This document shows positions 14,863 to 22,107 of a stretch of DNA of 32,000 nucleotides, piece after piece. Source of the DNA: Salinirubellus salinus (GTDB taxonomy: Archaea > Halobacteriota > Halobacteria > Halobacteriales > Haloarculaceae); assembly GCF_025231485.1 (NCBI RefSeq), contig NZ_CP104003.1, positions 3,641,960 to 3,673,959 of the forward strand, given 5' to 3'. Each line of letters starts with the position of its first letter. Within the stretch, counting starts at the first letter, position 1. The notes under the pieces are model-generated. The model was not told where the DNA came from and made no database searches. It saw nothing but the letters and a program-made list of their open reading frames with translations. Both the position numbers and the translations under genes were made by a program.

Positions 14863-15059
14863 TCGTACCACTCGCAGTCGCGTTCCGGGTCGAGGCCGTA
14901 GCGCGCGTTGCAGACGTCTGCCCGCATCGGCTGGACGAACGCGTCGACCACCGTGCAGTAGGCTCGCGCCGTCTCGAAGGCCCGCTCGCCCGCCTCGGTC
15001 CGGTACTCGAGGTGGCGGCAGGTGTCCCCGCCATCGGCGTCGTCGGTGTCGTCGGTCAC
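14859..15059 (-). CDS. Small acidic four-cysteine protein, translationally coupled to the BKACE gene
   Basis: 66 aa: MTDDTDDADGGDTCRHLEYRTEAGERAFETARAYCTVVDAFVQPMRADVCNARYGLDPERDCEWYE. It has GC-rich third positions. Its stop TGA overlaps the BKACE ATG. Confidence 0.55.
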   Translation of the reverse strand: MTDDTDDADGGDTCRHLEYRTEAGERAFETARAYCTVVDAFVQPMRADVCNARYGLDPERDCEWYE

Positions 15060-15108
15060 ACGCCCGCTTCGACGCGCGGTGTCGTAAGGCTAGCCCGCCG
15101 GCGTCGGC

Positions 15109-16104
15109 TCAGGGCGCCGGGAACGCCCGCTGGAGCGCCACCTCGGCGACGTTGCCCCCGTAGTCGGCGACCCGGGAGAGCGAGTCGACGGCGAGGCCGA
15201 GCGGCCCCGCGAGGTCGGGGTCGACGTCGCGAACCGCCGCGTCGAGGTCGCGCGCGAGTTCGCCGGTCCGGTCGTTGGCCGCACGGGCCTCGTTGGCGAG
15301 GCGGACCGCCCGGTCGGCGTCCGTCTCGAAGAACGCCCCCGTCGCCCCGTCAACGACGCCAGCGGCCGACTCGTGGAGTGCGGCCAGCGACTCGTCCACG
15401 GCGTCGGGCACCCACGTCGCGTCCTCGGTCAGGTGGGCCAGTTTCTCGGCGTGGTCGGCCACCCGCTCGTACTGGCGGACACACCGATGGTGGTCGAAAC
15501 ACGCCGTCTGGGTGAGGCCGGCCTCGGCGGCCACCTGCGGGTCGCGAAGCGAGGTGCGGAACGCCCGCTCGACCAGCGCCCGCAGGCGGTCCACGTCGTC
15601 GTCACGCTCTATCACGTCCTCGGCCAGCGGTCGGTCGCCCTCGCGGAGCGCCTCGACGGCGTCCGCGAGCATCGCCGTCGAGAGCCGGTGTGCCCGGACG
15701 GTGGCGTCCCGGACCGAGAGTTCGGACTGGTCGAGCAGGTCACGCAGGCGGATGGCCCCGCCCGTCTCCTCGACCACCTCGAACCCGACGAGGCGACGGG
15801 TCGCCCGGCGCACCGTCCGCCGGCGTTCGGCGGTCACGCGCGGCGCCTCGAGTGTCACCACGTCGAACCCGCCCACGTAGAGGGTGGTCACCGCCCGGAC
15901 GAGCGCCTCGCCCTCCAGCCCCCGGACGTCGAGGACCACCTCGCTCGGGTCCCCCCCGGTCCGTGGCCGGACCAGGAGCGTGTCGTCCTCCTCGAACAGG
16001 GCCACGACGGTGCCGCCGCTCACGCCGTGCTCCGTCGCCCACCCCTTCGGTATCGACACCGTGTACGTGGACCCACCGGTCACCTGCACCTTCCGCGTCT
16101 CCAT
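15109..16104 (-). CDS. AbrB/SpoVT-domain plus PhoU-domain regulator (phosphate uptake regulator PhoU-like)
   Basis: Track ORF is 15109..16221; start is the ATG at 16104 (METRKVQVTGGSTYTVSIPKGWATEHGV, an AbrB-like swapped hairpin). It is followed by two PhoU-like helical repeats (ERDDDVDRL... and RVADHAEKLA... / RVADYGGNVAE). Confidence 0.85.
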   Translation of the reverse strand: METRKVQVTGGSTYTVSIPKGWATEHGVSGGTVVALFEEDDTLLVRPRTGGDPSEVVLDVRGLEGEALVRAVTTLYVGGFDVVTLEAPRVTAERRRTVRRATRRLVGFEVVEETGGAIRLRDLLDQSELSVRDATVRAHRLSTAMLADAVEALREGDRPLAEDVIERDDDVDRLRALVERAFRTSLRDPQVAAEAGLTQTACFDHHRCVRQYERVADHAEKLAHLTEDATWVPDAVDESLAALHESAAGVVDGATGAFFETDADRAVRLANEARAANDRTGELARDLDAAVRDVDPDLAGPLGLAVDSLSRVADYGGNVAEVALQRAFPAP

Positions 16105-16128
16105 ACGCGGCGTGGCGCGGGAGAGGCC

Positions 16129-16136
16129 CATAAAAC
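16129..16136 (-). promoter_or_regulatory. TATA box of the AbrB-PhoU gene (leaderless)
   Basis: The minus strand reads GTTTTATG, 25-32 nt upstream of the ATG at 16104. Confidence 0.45.
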
Positions 16137-16304
16137 GCGATACGAGGCGGTACGGAGCCGTCTCTCCGGCTCCCCACCTCTCCGGAGCGCTACCCGTGGC
16201 TCGTGTCCGCGGCCGGGGCACACCGGGAGTCTACGCGGCTCCAGCGCAGTGGAGCGAGGATCGTTTCGGCCCGAGCGCGGCCGCGTCGCTACCGCGCGAA
16301 CTGC

Positions 16305-16309
16305 AAAAA
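16305..16309 (-). terminator. Oligo-T archaeal terminator candidate after the zinc-finger micro-ORF
   Basis: The minus strand reads CCCCGTCACTTTTTGC. The T5 run begins about 23 nt after the stop at 16332 and is the only T-run in this spacer. Confidence 0.35.
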
Positions 16310-16331
16310 GTGACGGGGCGAAGCGTGGTCG

Positions 16332-16451
16332 TCAGTGCGCGTACAGCCCGTGGACCTCCCGCGCGTGGGCGAGAAGCTCCTCCGTGGTGTCGAAACTCTC
16401 GCCGCAACTGCACTGGTGATGCGCCGATGGCGCGGGTTGGCGTGTCGCCAT
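16332..16451 (-). CDS. 39-aa zinc-finger micro-protein (C-X-C...H-X4-H, C2H2-like)
   Basis: Absent from the track. My translation is MATRQPAPSAHHQCSCGESFDTTEELLAHAREVHGLYAH*. It has the ligand pattern C-X1-C-X12-H-X4-H, GC-rich third positions, a TATA box about 26 nt upstream, and a T5 run downstream. Confidence 0.5.
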   Translation of the reverse strand: MATRQPAPSAHHQCSCGESFDTTEELLAHAREVHGLYAH

Positions 16452-16472
16452 ATCGATACCGTACAATTCATA

Positions 16473-16480
16473 GAATATAA
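16473..16480 (-). promoter_or_regulatory. TATA box of the zinc-finger micro-ORF (leaderless)
   Basis: The minus strand reads TTATATTC, 22-29 nt upstream of the ATG at 16451, within the most AT-rich patch of the window. Confidence 0.45.
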
Positions 16481-16596
16481 GGATTTCCCGTCGTGGTTCG
16501 GACGGCTCTGTTCTGCTACGGACGTAGGCATGATCTCAGTTTTCGAGACGAGTGTTCACACGGATGGTGGGTGGGTGTGACGAACGTCCACACGGG

Positions 16597-17604
16597 TCAG
16601 ATGTCGGCGAGGGCCGCCATCGTCTTGCGCTTGTCCGACTCGTCCATCCCCGAGACGAACCCGGCGCGCACCGCGTCTACCCCCTCCACGTCGAGGAACG
16701 AGCGGACCGTCTCGCGGACGTCCGCCGGCGTGCCGTAGGCGGCGACGGCGTCCAGCAGCTCGTCCGGGCAGGCGGCCGCCATCGCTGCGGTGTCGCGGTC
16801 CGCCCACGCGGCCCGGATGTCGTCGACGGCCTCCTCGAACCCCTGCTCGGCCACGTTCTTCCCGTAGAACGGGCCGTACGCGCCGACGAGGAACGCTACC
16901 ATCGCGCGCGTGCTCTCTCTCGCTCGCGCCGGGTCGTCGCTGGCGAAACACCGGACGAGCGGCGACACGCGGATCTCGCTCGGGTCGCGACCACCCAGCT
17001 CCGCGCCGCGTTCGAGGTCGGTGAGGCGGTCACGCAGCCCGTCGGCGGTGAACAGCTGCGGGACCCAGCCGTCGGCGAACCGGCCGGTCATCTCCACCGC
17101 CTTCGGCCCGAGCGTGGCGAGGTCGATGCCCGGCGGGTCGTCCGGGACTGGACGGTCGTACGAGAGGCCGCCGTCGAACTGGAAGAACTCGCCGTTGTAC
17201 TCGAGTCGCTCCCCGGTGAACACCTGTCGGATCACGTCGATGGTCTCGCGCGTCCGGCGCAGGGGGCGCTCGAACGGGAAGCCGTGCCAGTCCTCCGTGA
17301 TGGCGGGCGAACTCGGGCCGAGGCCGAGGCGGTAGCGCCCGCCCGAGAGGTCGTGGAGCGTGAGCGCGGTCTGTGCGAGCAGGGCGGGCGAGCGCCCCCA
17401 CGGCGAGAACACGTCGTTGGCGATGCCGACGGTGTCGGTGCGCTCGGCCACGACCGACAGGAGGCTGGCGACGTTCCAGCCGGTCGCCTCGCCCATCGAG
17501 ACGTAGGCGAAGCCGTGGTCCTCGGCCTGCACGGCCCGGTCGGCGACGCCGCCGGGGTGGTCGTGTTCGCGCGTCTGGACGACGACGTCGAGGGGGAGCG
17601 TCAT
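16597..17604 (-). CDS. Luciferase-like monooxygenase (LLM) class flavin/F420-dependent oxidoreductase
   Basis: 335 aa with a TIM-barrel LLM pattern: AEDHGFAYVSMGEATGWN, GGRYRLGLGPSSPAITEDWHG, LGPKAVEMTGRFADGWVP, and a C-terminal AAYGTPADVRE. Confidence 0.85.
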   Translation of the reverse strand: MTLPLDVVVQTREHDHPGGVADRAVQAEDHGFAYVSMGEATGWNVASLLSVVAERTDTVGIANDVFSPWGRSPALLAQTALTLHDLSGGRYRLGLGPSSPAITEDWHGFPFERPLRRTRETIDVIRQVFTGERLEYNGEFFQFDGGLSYDRPVPDDPPGIDLATLGPKAVEMTGRFADGWVPQLFTADGLRDRLTDLERGAELGGRDPSEIRVSPLVRCFASDDPARARESTRAMVAFLVGAYGPFYGKNVAEQGFEEAVDDIRAAWADRDTAAMAAACPDELLDAVAAYGTPADVRETVRSFLDVEGVDAVRAGFVSGMDESDKRKTMAALADI

Positions 17605-17732
17605 ACCTCGGTGCTGGCGGGGCCGGGGCTTGAGTCTTGGCCGCAGTTTCGGGCACTGGAGCGCCGATTAGCAAGTGCGATACTCACGTCAGTGTATGCA
17701 TAACGAAAACCGTCTGTCCCCTCGTCGTGAGC

Positions 17733-19061
17733 ATGATTTGTGTCCACGGGCTGGGGTACGTCGGCCTCGCGACGGCTTCGCTGTTCGCCAACGCCGGCCA
17801 CGAGGTGGTCGGCTACGACCCCAGTGACTGCGTCCGAGCCGCCCTCGAGGCGCGCCGTCCCCGCGTCACCGAGCCCGAACTCCGGGAGTTCGTCTGCCGC
17901 GCCCTCGACGCCGAGGAGGAGGGCCGGCTCACGGTGAGCGACACGCCCGTCGCCGCCGACTTCCACCTCGTCTGCGTCCCCACGCCGTTCGACGAGTCGA
18001 CCGGCCACGCCGACCTCCGGTTCGTGGACAGCGCCGCGCGCAACGTCGGCCGCGTCCTCCGCGCGGGTGACGTGGTCGTCCTCGAGTCGACCGTCCCGCC
18101 GGGGACCACGGAGGGCACCTTCCGCGAGACGCTCGAGGCCGAGTCCGGCCTCGTCGCCGGCACCGACTTCGGCCTCGCGTTCACGCCCGAGACGGTCCTG
18201 CCGGGCAACACCGTGGCCGAACTCCGGACGAACGCCCGCATCGTCGGTGGCATCGACGCCGGCTCCCGGGAGGCGGTCCGCGCGCTCTACGGCACCGCCA
18301 TCGAGGCCGAGCGGCTCTCGGCACCCGACTGCACCACCGCGGAGTTCGTCAAACTCGCACAGAACGCCTCCCGTGACGTGCAGATCGCGTTCGCCAACGA
18401 GATGGCCCGCATCGCCGGCGACTACGGCGTCGACGCTCGTGCCGCCATCGGCCTCGCGAACCACCACCCCCGCGTGAACATCCTCTCGCCCGGCCCCGGC
18501 GTCGGTGGCCACTGCCTCCCGGTCGACCCGCACTTCCTCAAGGAGGCCTCCGACAGCGTCCACCTCGTCGAGACGGCCCGCCGGGTCAACGACTCGATGC
18601 CCGAGTACGTCATCGAACTGCTGGAGGGGACCGTCGGCTCCCTGGAGGGGAAGACGGTGGCCGTCCTCGGCGTCGCCTACAAGGGGAACGTCGACGACGC
18701 GCGCAACAGCCCCGGCCTCGCCATCGCCGACCTCCTCGGGGTGGCGCTCCCCGAGGGTATCGAACTCCACGGCCGGGCGATGACGCTGGCCTCCGACGGT
18801 GGCGGCACCGTCACCCACGGCGAGGGCGTCACCGTCCGCCTGACGGACCCGTACGTCACCGACGACTCGCTGGACCTCGTCCCGCTGACGGCGGCGCTCG
18901 ACGGTGCCGACGCCGCCATCCTCGCCTCGCCTCACGCCGAGTACGCCGACCTCGACCCGGCCCGCGTGGCCGCGCTCGGCCCGGACGTCGTGGTCGACCC
19001 GTTCGGCATCCTCGTGCCCGAGCGGTGGGCCGAGGCGGGCATCGAGGTCGTGACGTACTGA
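17733..19061 (+). CDS. wecC: Nucleotide-sugar 6-dehydrogenase, probably UDP-N-acetyl-D-mannosamine dehydrogenase
   Basis: Track ORF is 17637..19061; start is the ATG at 17733 (MICVHGLGYVGLATASLFANAGHEVVGYD, a Rossmann GxGxxG). The catalytic-Cys motif is GPGVGGHCLPVDP, with a C-terminal VLGVAYKGNVDDARNSP. The WecC assignment rests on the convergent WecB neighbour. An insert of about 25-30 aa (ALPEGIELHGRAMTLASDGGGTVTHGEG) sits in the C-terminal domain. Confidence 0.8.
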   Translation: MICVHGLGYVGLATASLFANAGHEVVGYDPSDCVRAALEARRPRVTEPELREFVCRALDAEEEGRLTVSDTPVAADFHLVCVPTPFDESTGHADLRFVDSAARNVGRVLRAGDVVVLESTVPPGTTEGTFRETLEAESGLVAGTDFGLAFTPETVLPGNTVAELRTNARIVGGIDAGSREAVRALYGTAIEAERLSAPDCTTAEFVKLAQNASRDVQIAFANEMARIAGDYGVDARAAIGLANHHPRVNILSPGPGVGGHCLPVDPHFLKEASDSVHLVETARRVNDSMPEYVIELLEGTVGSLEGKTVAVLGVAYKGNVDDARNSPGLAIADLLGVALPEGIELHGRAMTLASDGGGTVTHGEGVTVRLTDPYVTDDSLDLVPLTAALDGADAAILASPHAEYADLDPARVAALGPDVVVDPFGILVPERWAEAGIEVVTY

Positions 19062-19151
19062 GCGGTCGAGCGCGCACTGTCGGTTCTCGCTGGTCTGGTC
19101 TCCGCCCCGTAGCCCACGGCTCGCCTCGCTCGCCGTCCGCCATCCCTCGTG

Positions 19152-20243
19152 CTACTCGAACGCCGCCACCAGCACGTCCACGATCCGCTCGGCCGCCTTC
19201 CCGTCCCCGAACGGCACGTCCCAGTCCCCCGTCTTCCCGTCCATCGTCTCCGCCCCCTCCAGTATCTCCTCGGGGGCGACCCCGGCGACGCAGTTCGCGC
19301 CGACGAACGCCGTCTCCGGGCGCTCCGTGTTGTACCGCAGGGTGACACAGGGGGTCCCGAGGATGCACGTCTCCTCCTGTACGCCGCCCGAGTCCGTGAA
19401 CACGAGCGCCGCCTCGCTCTCCAGCCGGAGGAAGTCGAGGAAGTCGGTGGGTTCGACCAGTCGGACGCCGTCGGGCACCTCGATGCCGGCCTCGTCGAGG
19501 GCGGCCTCGGCCCGCGGGTGGATGGGATAGACGACCGGGCGCCCGGAGCGCTCGGCCCACTCGCCGACGCCCCGCAGGAGACCGGCGAACCGCTCGTGGT
19601 CGTCGGTGTTCTCCGCGCGGTGGGCCGTCAGCAGGTCGAACGCGCCGGGTTCGAGGCCGAACTCGTCGAGCACCGTCGAGTGCTCGGCCGCGAGGTCACG
19701 GAACGCGTACACCGAGTCGACGATGGTGTTCCCGGTGACGTGGCTCCGGTCGTCGAGGCCCTCGCGGGCGAGTTCCGCGGCCGCGTCCTCGGTCGGGGCG
19801 AACAGGAACTCGGCGGCGTGGTCGGTGAGGACGCGGTTGACCTCCTCGGGCATCGACCGATCGTAGCTCCGGAGCCCGGCCTCGACGTGGCCCAGCAGGG
19901 GGGCCAGTTTCGCCGTCGCCAGCGCCCCCCCGAGCGTGGAGTTCGTGTCGCCGTGGACCAGCACCACGTCCGGCGACTCGGCCTCGAGGACGTCCTCCAC
20001 ACCCTCGAGGATGGCCGCGGTCTGCTCGCCGTGGCTGGCGCTCCCGACGCCGAGCTGGTGGTCCGGCTCGCGGACCGACAGCTGGTCGAAGAAGACGGCG
20101 TCGAGCTCCTCCGAGTAGTGCTGGCCGGTGTGGACGAGCGTCACGGGGAGGGCACGCCGCTCGAGTTCGGCGAGCACCGGTGCCATCTTGATTATCTCCG
20201 GGCGGGTGCCGAGGACGACGGCGACGTGTGGTGCCTCGCTCAC
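19152..20243 (-). CDS. wecB: UDP-N-acetylglucosamine 2-epimerase (non-hydrolysing)
   Basis: 363 aa. It has VLGTRPEIIKMAPV, HTGQHY, LVHGDTNSTL, HVEAGLRSYDRSMPEEVNR, and TDSGGVQEE, all classical WecB/MnaA motifs. The GTG start overlaps the upstream gene's stop (GTGA at 20240-20243). Confidence 0.95.
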   Translation of the reverse strand: MSEAPHVAVVLGTRPEIIKMAPVLAELERRALPVTLVHTGQHYSEELDAVFFDQLSVREPDHQLGVGSASHGEQTAAILEGVEDVLEAESPDVVLVHGDTNSTLGGALATAKLAPLLGHVEAGLRSYDRSMPEEVNRVLTDHAAEFLFAPTEDAAAELAREGLDDRSHVTGNTIVDSVYAFRDLAAEHSTVLDEFGLEPGAFDLLTAHRAENTDDHERFAGLLRGVGEWAERSGRPVVYPIHPRAEAALDEAGIEVPDGVRLVEPTDFLDFLRLESEAALVFTDSGGVQEETCILGTPCVTLRYNTERPETAFVGANCVAGVAPEEILEGAETMDGKTGDWDVPFGDGKAAERIVDVLVAAFE

Positions 20244-21982
20244 CGTCCCTCGCCGGGATCAGGGGCCGGTGACGTGGTCGACTCAGTGGGCATCTCTGTC
20301 GGAGCGTCGCCCCCGTGGCTCTTGTAACTTCGCGACGTGACTGGTATCGTCGTGCCCTCGTCGCCGCCCTCGGAGCCGGGGAGCGAGAGCGACTCCCACC
20401 ACGCGTCGTGGGCGTGGAGCCGCGGGATGCGGTGTGGGTCGACGTTCGAGCCGAGCGGCTCGTCCTCGGCGGTGACGGCCAGCGAGTGGGTCTCGCGGAC
20501 GAGCGCGAGCGCGGCCGCCGAGTACCGGCCGTACGGGTAACAGAAGCGGTCGACCGTCACGCCGAACTCGCGTTCGAGCCGCCGTCTCGCCTCCCTGACC
20601 TCCGTCGCGAGCGCCTCGGGCGCGACGGTGGCGAGGTCCGGGTGCGTCATCGTGTGGTTGCCCAGCGTCACCAGGCCCGTCTCCAGGGCGGCCCGGACCT
20701 GCTCGCTCGTCATCAGCGGGGCGGGCGTCGTCTCGCCGTGGTCGGGGTCGTTGAACCGGGGGTCGCCGTCGGGCGACCGCTCCAGCCGCGAGGCGAACTC
20801 CGGGTGCTCGCCGTCGAGCAGCCCGACGGGCACGAACAGCGTCACCGGGACGCCGAACTCCTCGACGATCGGGAGTGCGTGGTCGTGGAAGTTGGCGTAC
20901 GCGTCGTCGACGGTGATGGCGACACGCGGGCGGTCACCGTCGCCCTCGTCCGCGAGCAGGGCCGCGAGGTCGACCACCTCGTAGGCGTCGACGAGTCGCG
21001 CGAGGTCCTCGCGGAACCGTTCGACGGAGACGTTGCCGTACCGCTCGCGCTCGCCGACGGAGTGGTACATCAACACCGCGTCACGGCTCCGCGGCGTGTC
21101 GCCCACGAGGGCGCTTGCGACCTCTCCGACCCGGAGCGCCGCCGCCGTCAGGCGGTCGATGGTCTCGCCCAGCACGTACAGGAGGACGTCGGTCAGCCGG
21201 ACCTGGAGCGTCGGGTTCGCGGGGAGCGTGTACTCCCGGTAGAGGTCGAGCGCCGACTCGTGGTCGCCGAGTTCGCGGGCGGCGCGTGCGTGTCTGACCC
21301 GGATGTCGACCAGTTCGGCGAGGCTGCACGCGTAGTCGTGGTAGACGACGGGCCGCGGGTCGTACCGGACCACCTCGCGGTCGACCAGTTCGAGCAACCG
21401 CTCCGTGAGAACCAGCCCCTCGTGACCCCACGGCACGTCGCCGAACCCGCCCACGTCGAGGTACGTCTCGCGGTCGATGGCGGTGTTCCCCTCGATGTCC
21501 AGCAGGTAGGGGAGGTCGTCGTCGCCGAGGTCGTAGTTCGTCGCCAGCCGGTTGTAGACGCTCCGGGTCAGCGGCAGGACCCGCCCCCGGACCGCCATCG
21601 CCCCCTCGCGGTAGGCCTCGAGGTGCGAGGCGACGAAGTCGTCGGCCGGGACGGCGTCGTCGTCGAGGAAGACGAGGAGGTCACCGTCGGCACGCTCGGC
21701 GGCGAAGTCCCGTGCGAGGTTCGGCCCGACGTTCCGCTCCAGCCCGTACCACGTCCCCGAGAGGCCGGTCCGTCGCAGGAGCGGCTCGGGGTCGTGGCCC
21801 GTGCCGTTGTCGACAACCAGCAGCTCGAAGGCGGGGTCGGTCTGTCGGCCGAGCGCCGCGAAGGTCCGCGCGAGTTCCGCCGCTGGCGTCTCGTAGGTGA
21901 CCACGACGACGCTGGCGGCGGGTGCCCCAGTCCGTGCCCCGAACACGTCGGTCGTGGCGAGGCTGGGGCGAGCGCGATTCAT
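20240..21982 (-). CDS. Bifunctional fusion: family-2 glycosyltransferase (N-terminal) plus NodB-type polysaccharide deacetylase, CE4 (C-terminal)
   Basis: Track ORF is 20240..22003; the ATG at 21982 is preferred because AATAACTTT lies about 30 nt upstream. GT2 part: SVVVVTYETP...LLVVDNGTG...ERNVGPNLARD...LVFLDDDA. CE4 part: VLMYHSV...VAITVDDAY (TFDDG-like), LGNHTMTHPDL (HxxxH), and FCYPYGRY (RxPY-like). It has no signal peptide and no TM helix, and ends in a low-complexity Thr/Ser/Pro/Glu tail. Confidence 0.85.
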   Translation of the reverse strand: MNRARPSLATTDVFGARTGAPAASVVVVTYETPAAELARTFAALGRQTDPAFELLVVDNGTGHDPEPLLRRTGLSGTWYGLERNVGPNLARDFAAERADGDLLVFLDDDAVPADDFVASHLEAYREGAMAVRGRVLPLTRSVYNRLATNYDLGDDDLPYLLDIEGNTAIDRETYLDVGGFGDVPWGHEGLVLTERLLELVDREVVRYDPRPVVYHDYACSLAELVDIRVRHARAARELGDHESALDLYREYTLPANPTLQVRLTDVLLYVLGETIDRLTAAALRVGEVASALVGDTPRSRDAVLMYHSVGERERYGNVSVERFREDLARLVDAYEVVDLAALLADEGDGDRPRVAITVDDAYANFHDHALPIVEEFGVPVTLFVPVGLLDGEHPEFASRLERSPDGDPRFNDPDHGETTPAPLMTSEQVRAALETGLVTLGNHTMTHPDLATVAPEALATEVREARRRLEREFGVTVDRFCYPYGRYSAAALALVRETHSLAVTAEDEPLGSNVDPHRIPRLHAHDAWWESLSLPGSEGGDEGTTIPVTSRSYKSHGGDAPTEMPTESTTSPAPDPGEGR

Positions 21983-22107
21983 CACCCTGATATCCACCGT
22001 CACGGTGGAAAGTTATTGACGAGGTTACCCGCACGGGTGGCCGCATTCGACCGTTTGGGAGGGTTAGCCGACCCATACTGATACTCTCGGAAGCCGGAGC
22101 GTCACCG

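Noticed and set aside
13238-15034. 598-aa minus-strand and 539-aa plus-strand ORFs spanning the VOC/BKACE region; similar giants at 10681-11991, 11048-12505, 17601-18935, 22591-24066, 24399-26036, 27334-28914 and 29302-31701
   Set aside because: All are off-frame or antisense to motif-supported genes and have Arg/Pro/Gly-dominated composition. They are artefacts of scarce stop codons in GC-rich sequence.
16154-16255. Two short perfect hairpins (GGAGCCG-N6-CGGCTCC at 16154-16173; GCTCCA-N6-TGGAGC at 16238-16255) between the micro-ORF and the PhoU-like gene
   Set aside because: Stems of 6-7 bp are common by chance in GC-rich DNA. Neither abuts a T-run or a TATA box, so this is insufficient evidence for a terminator or operator.
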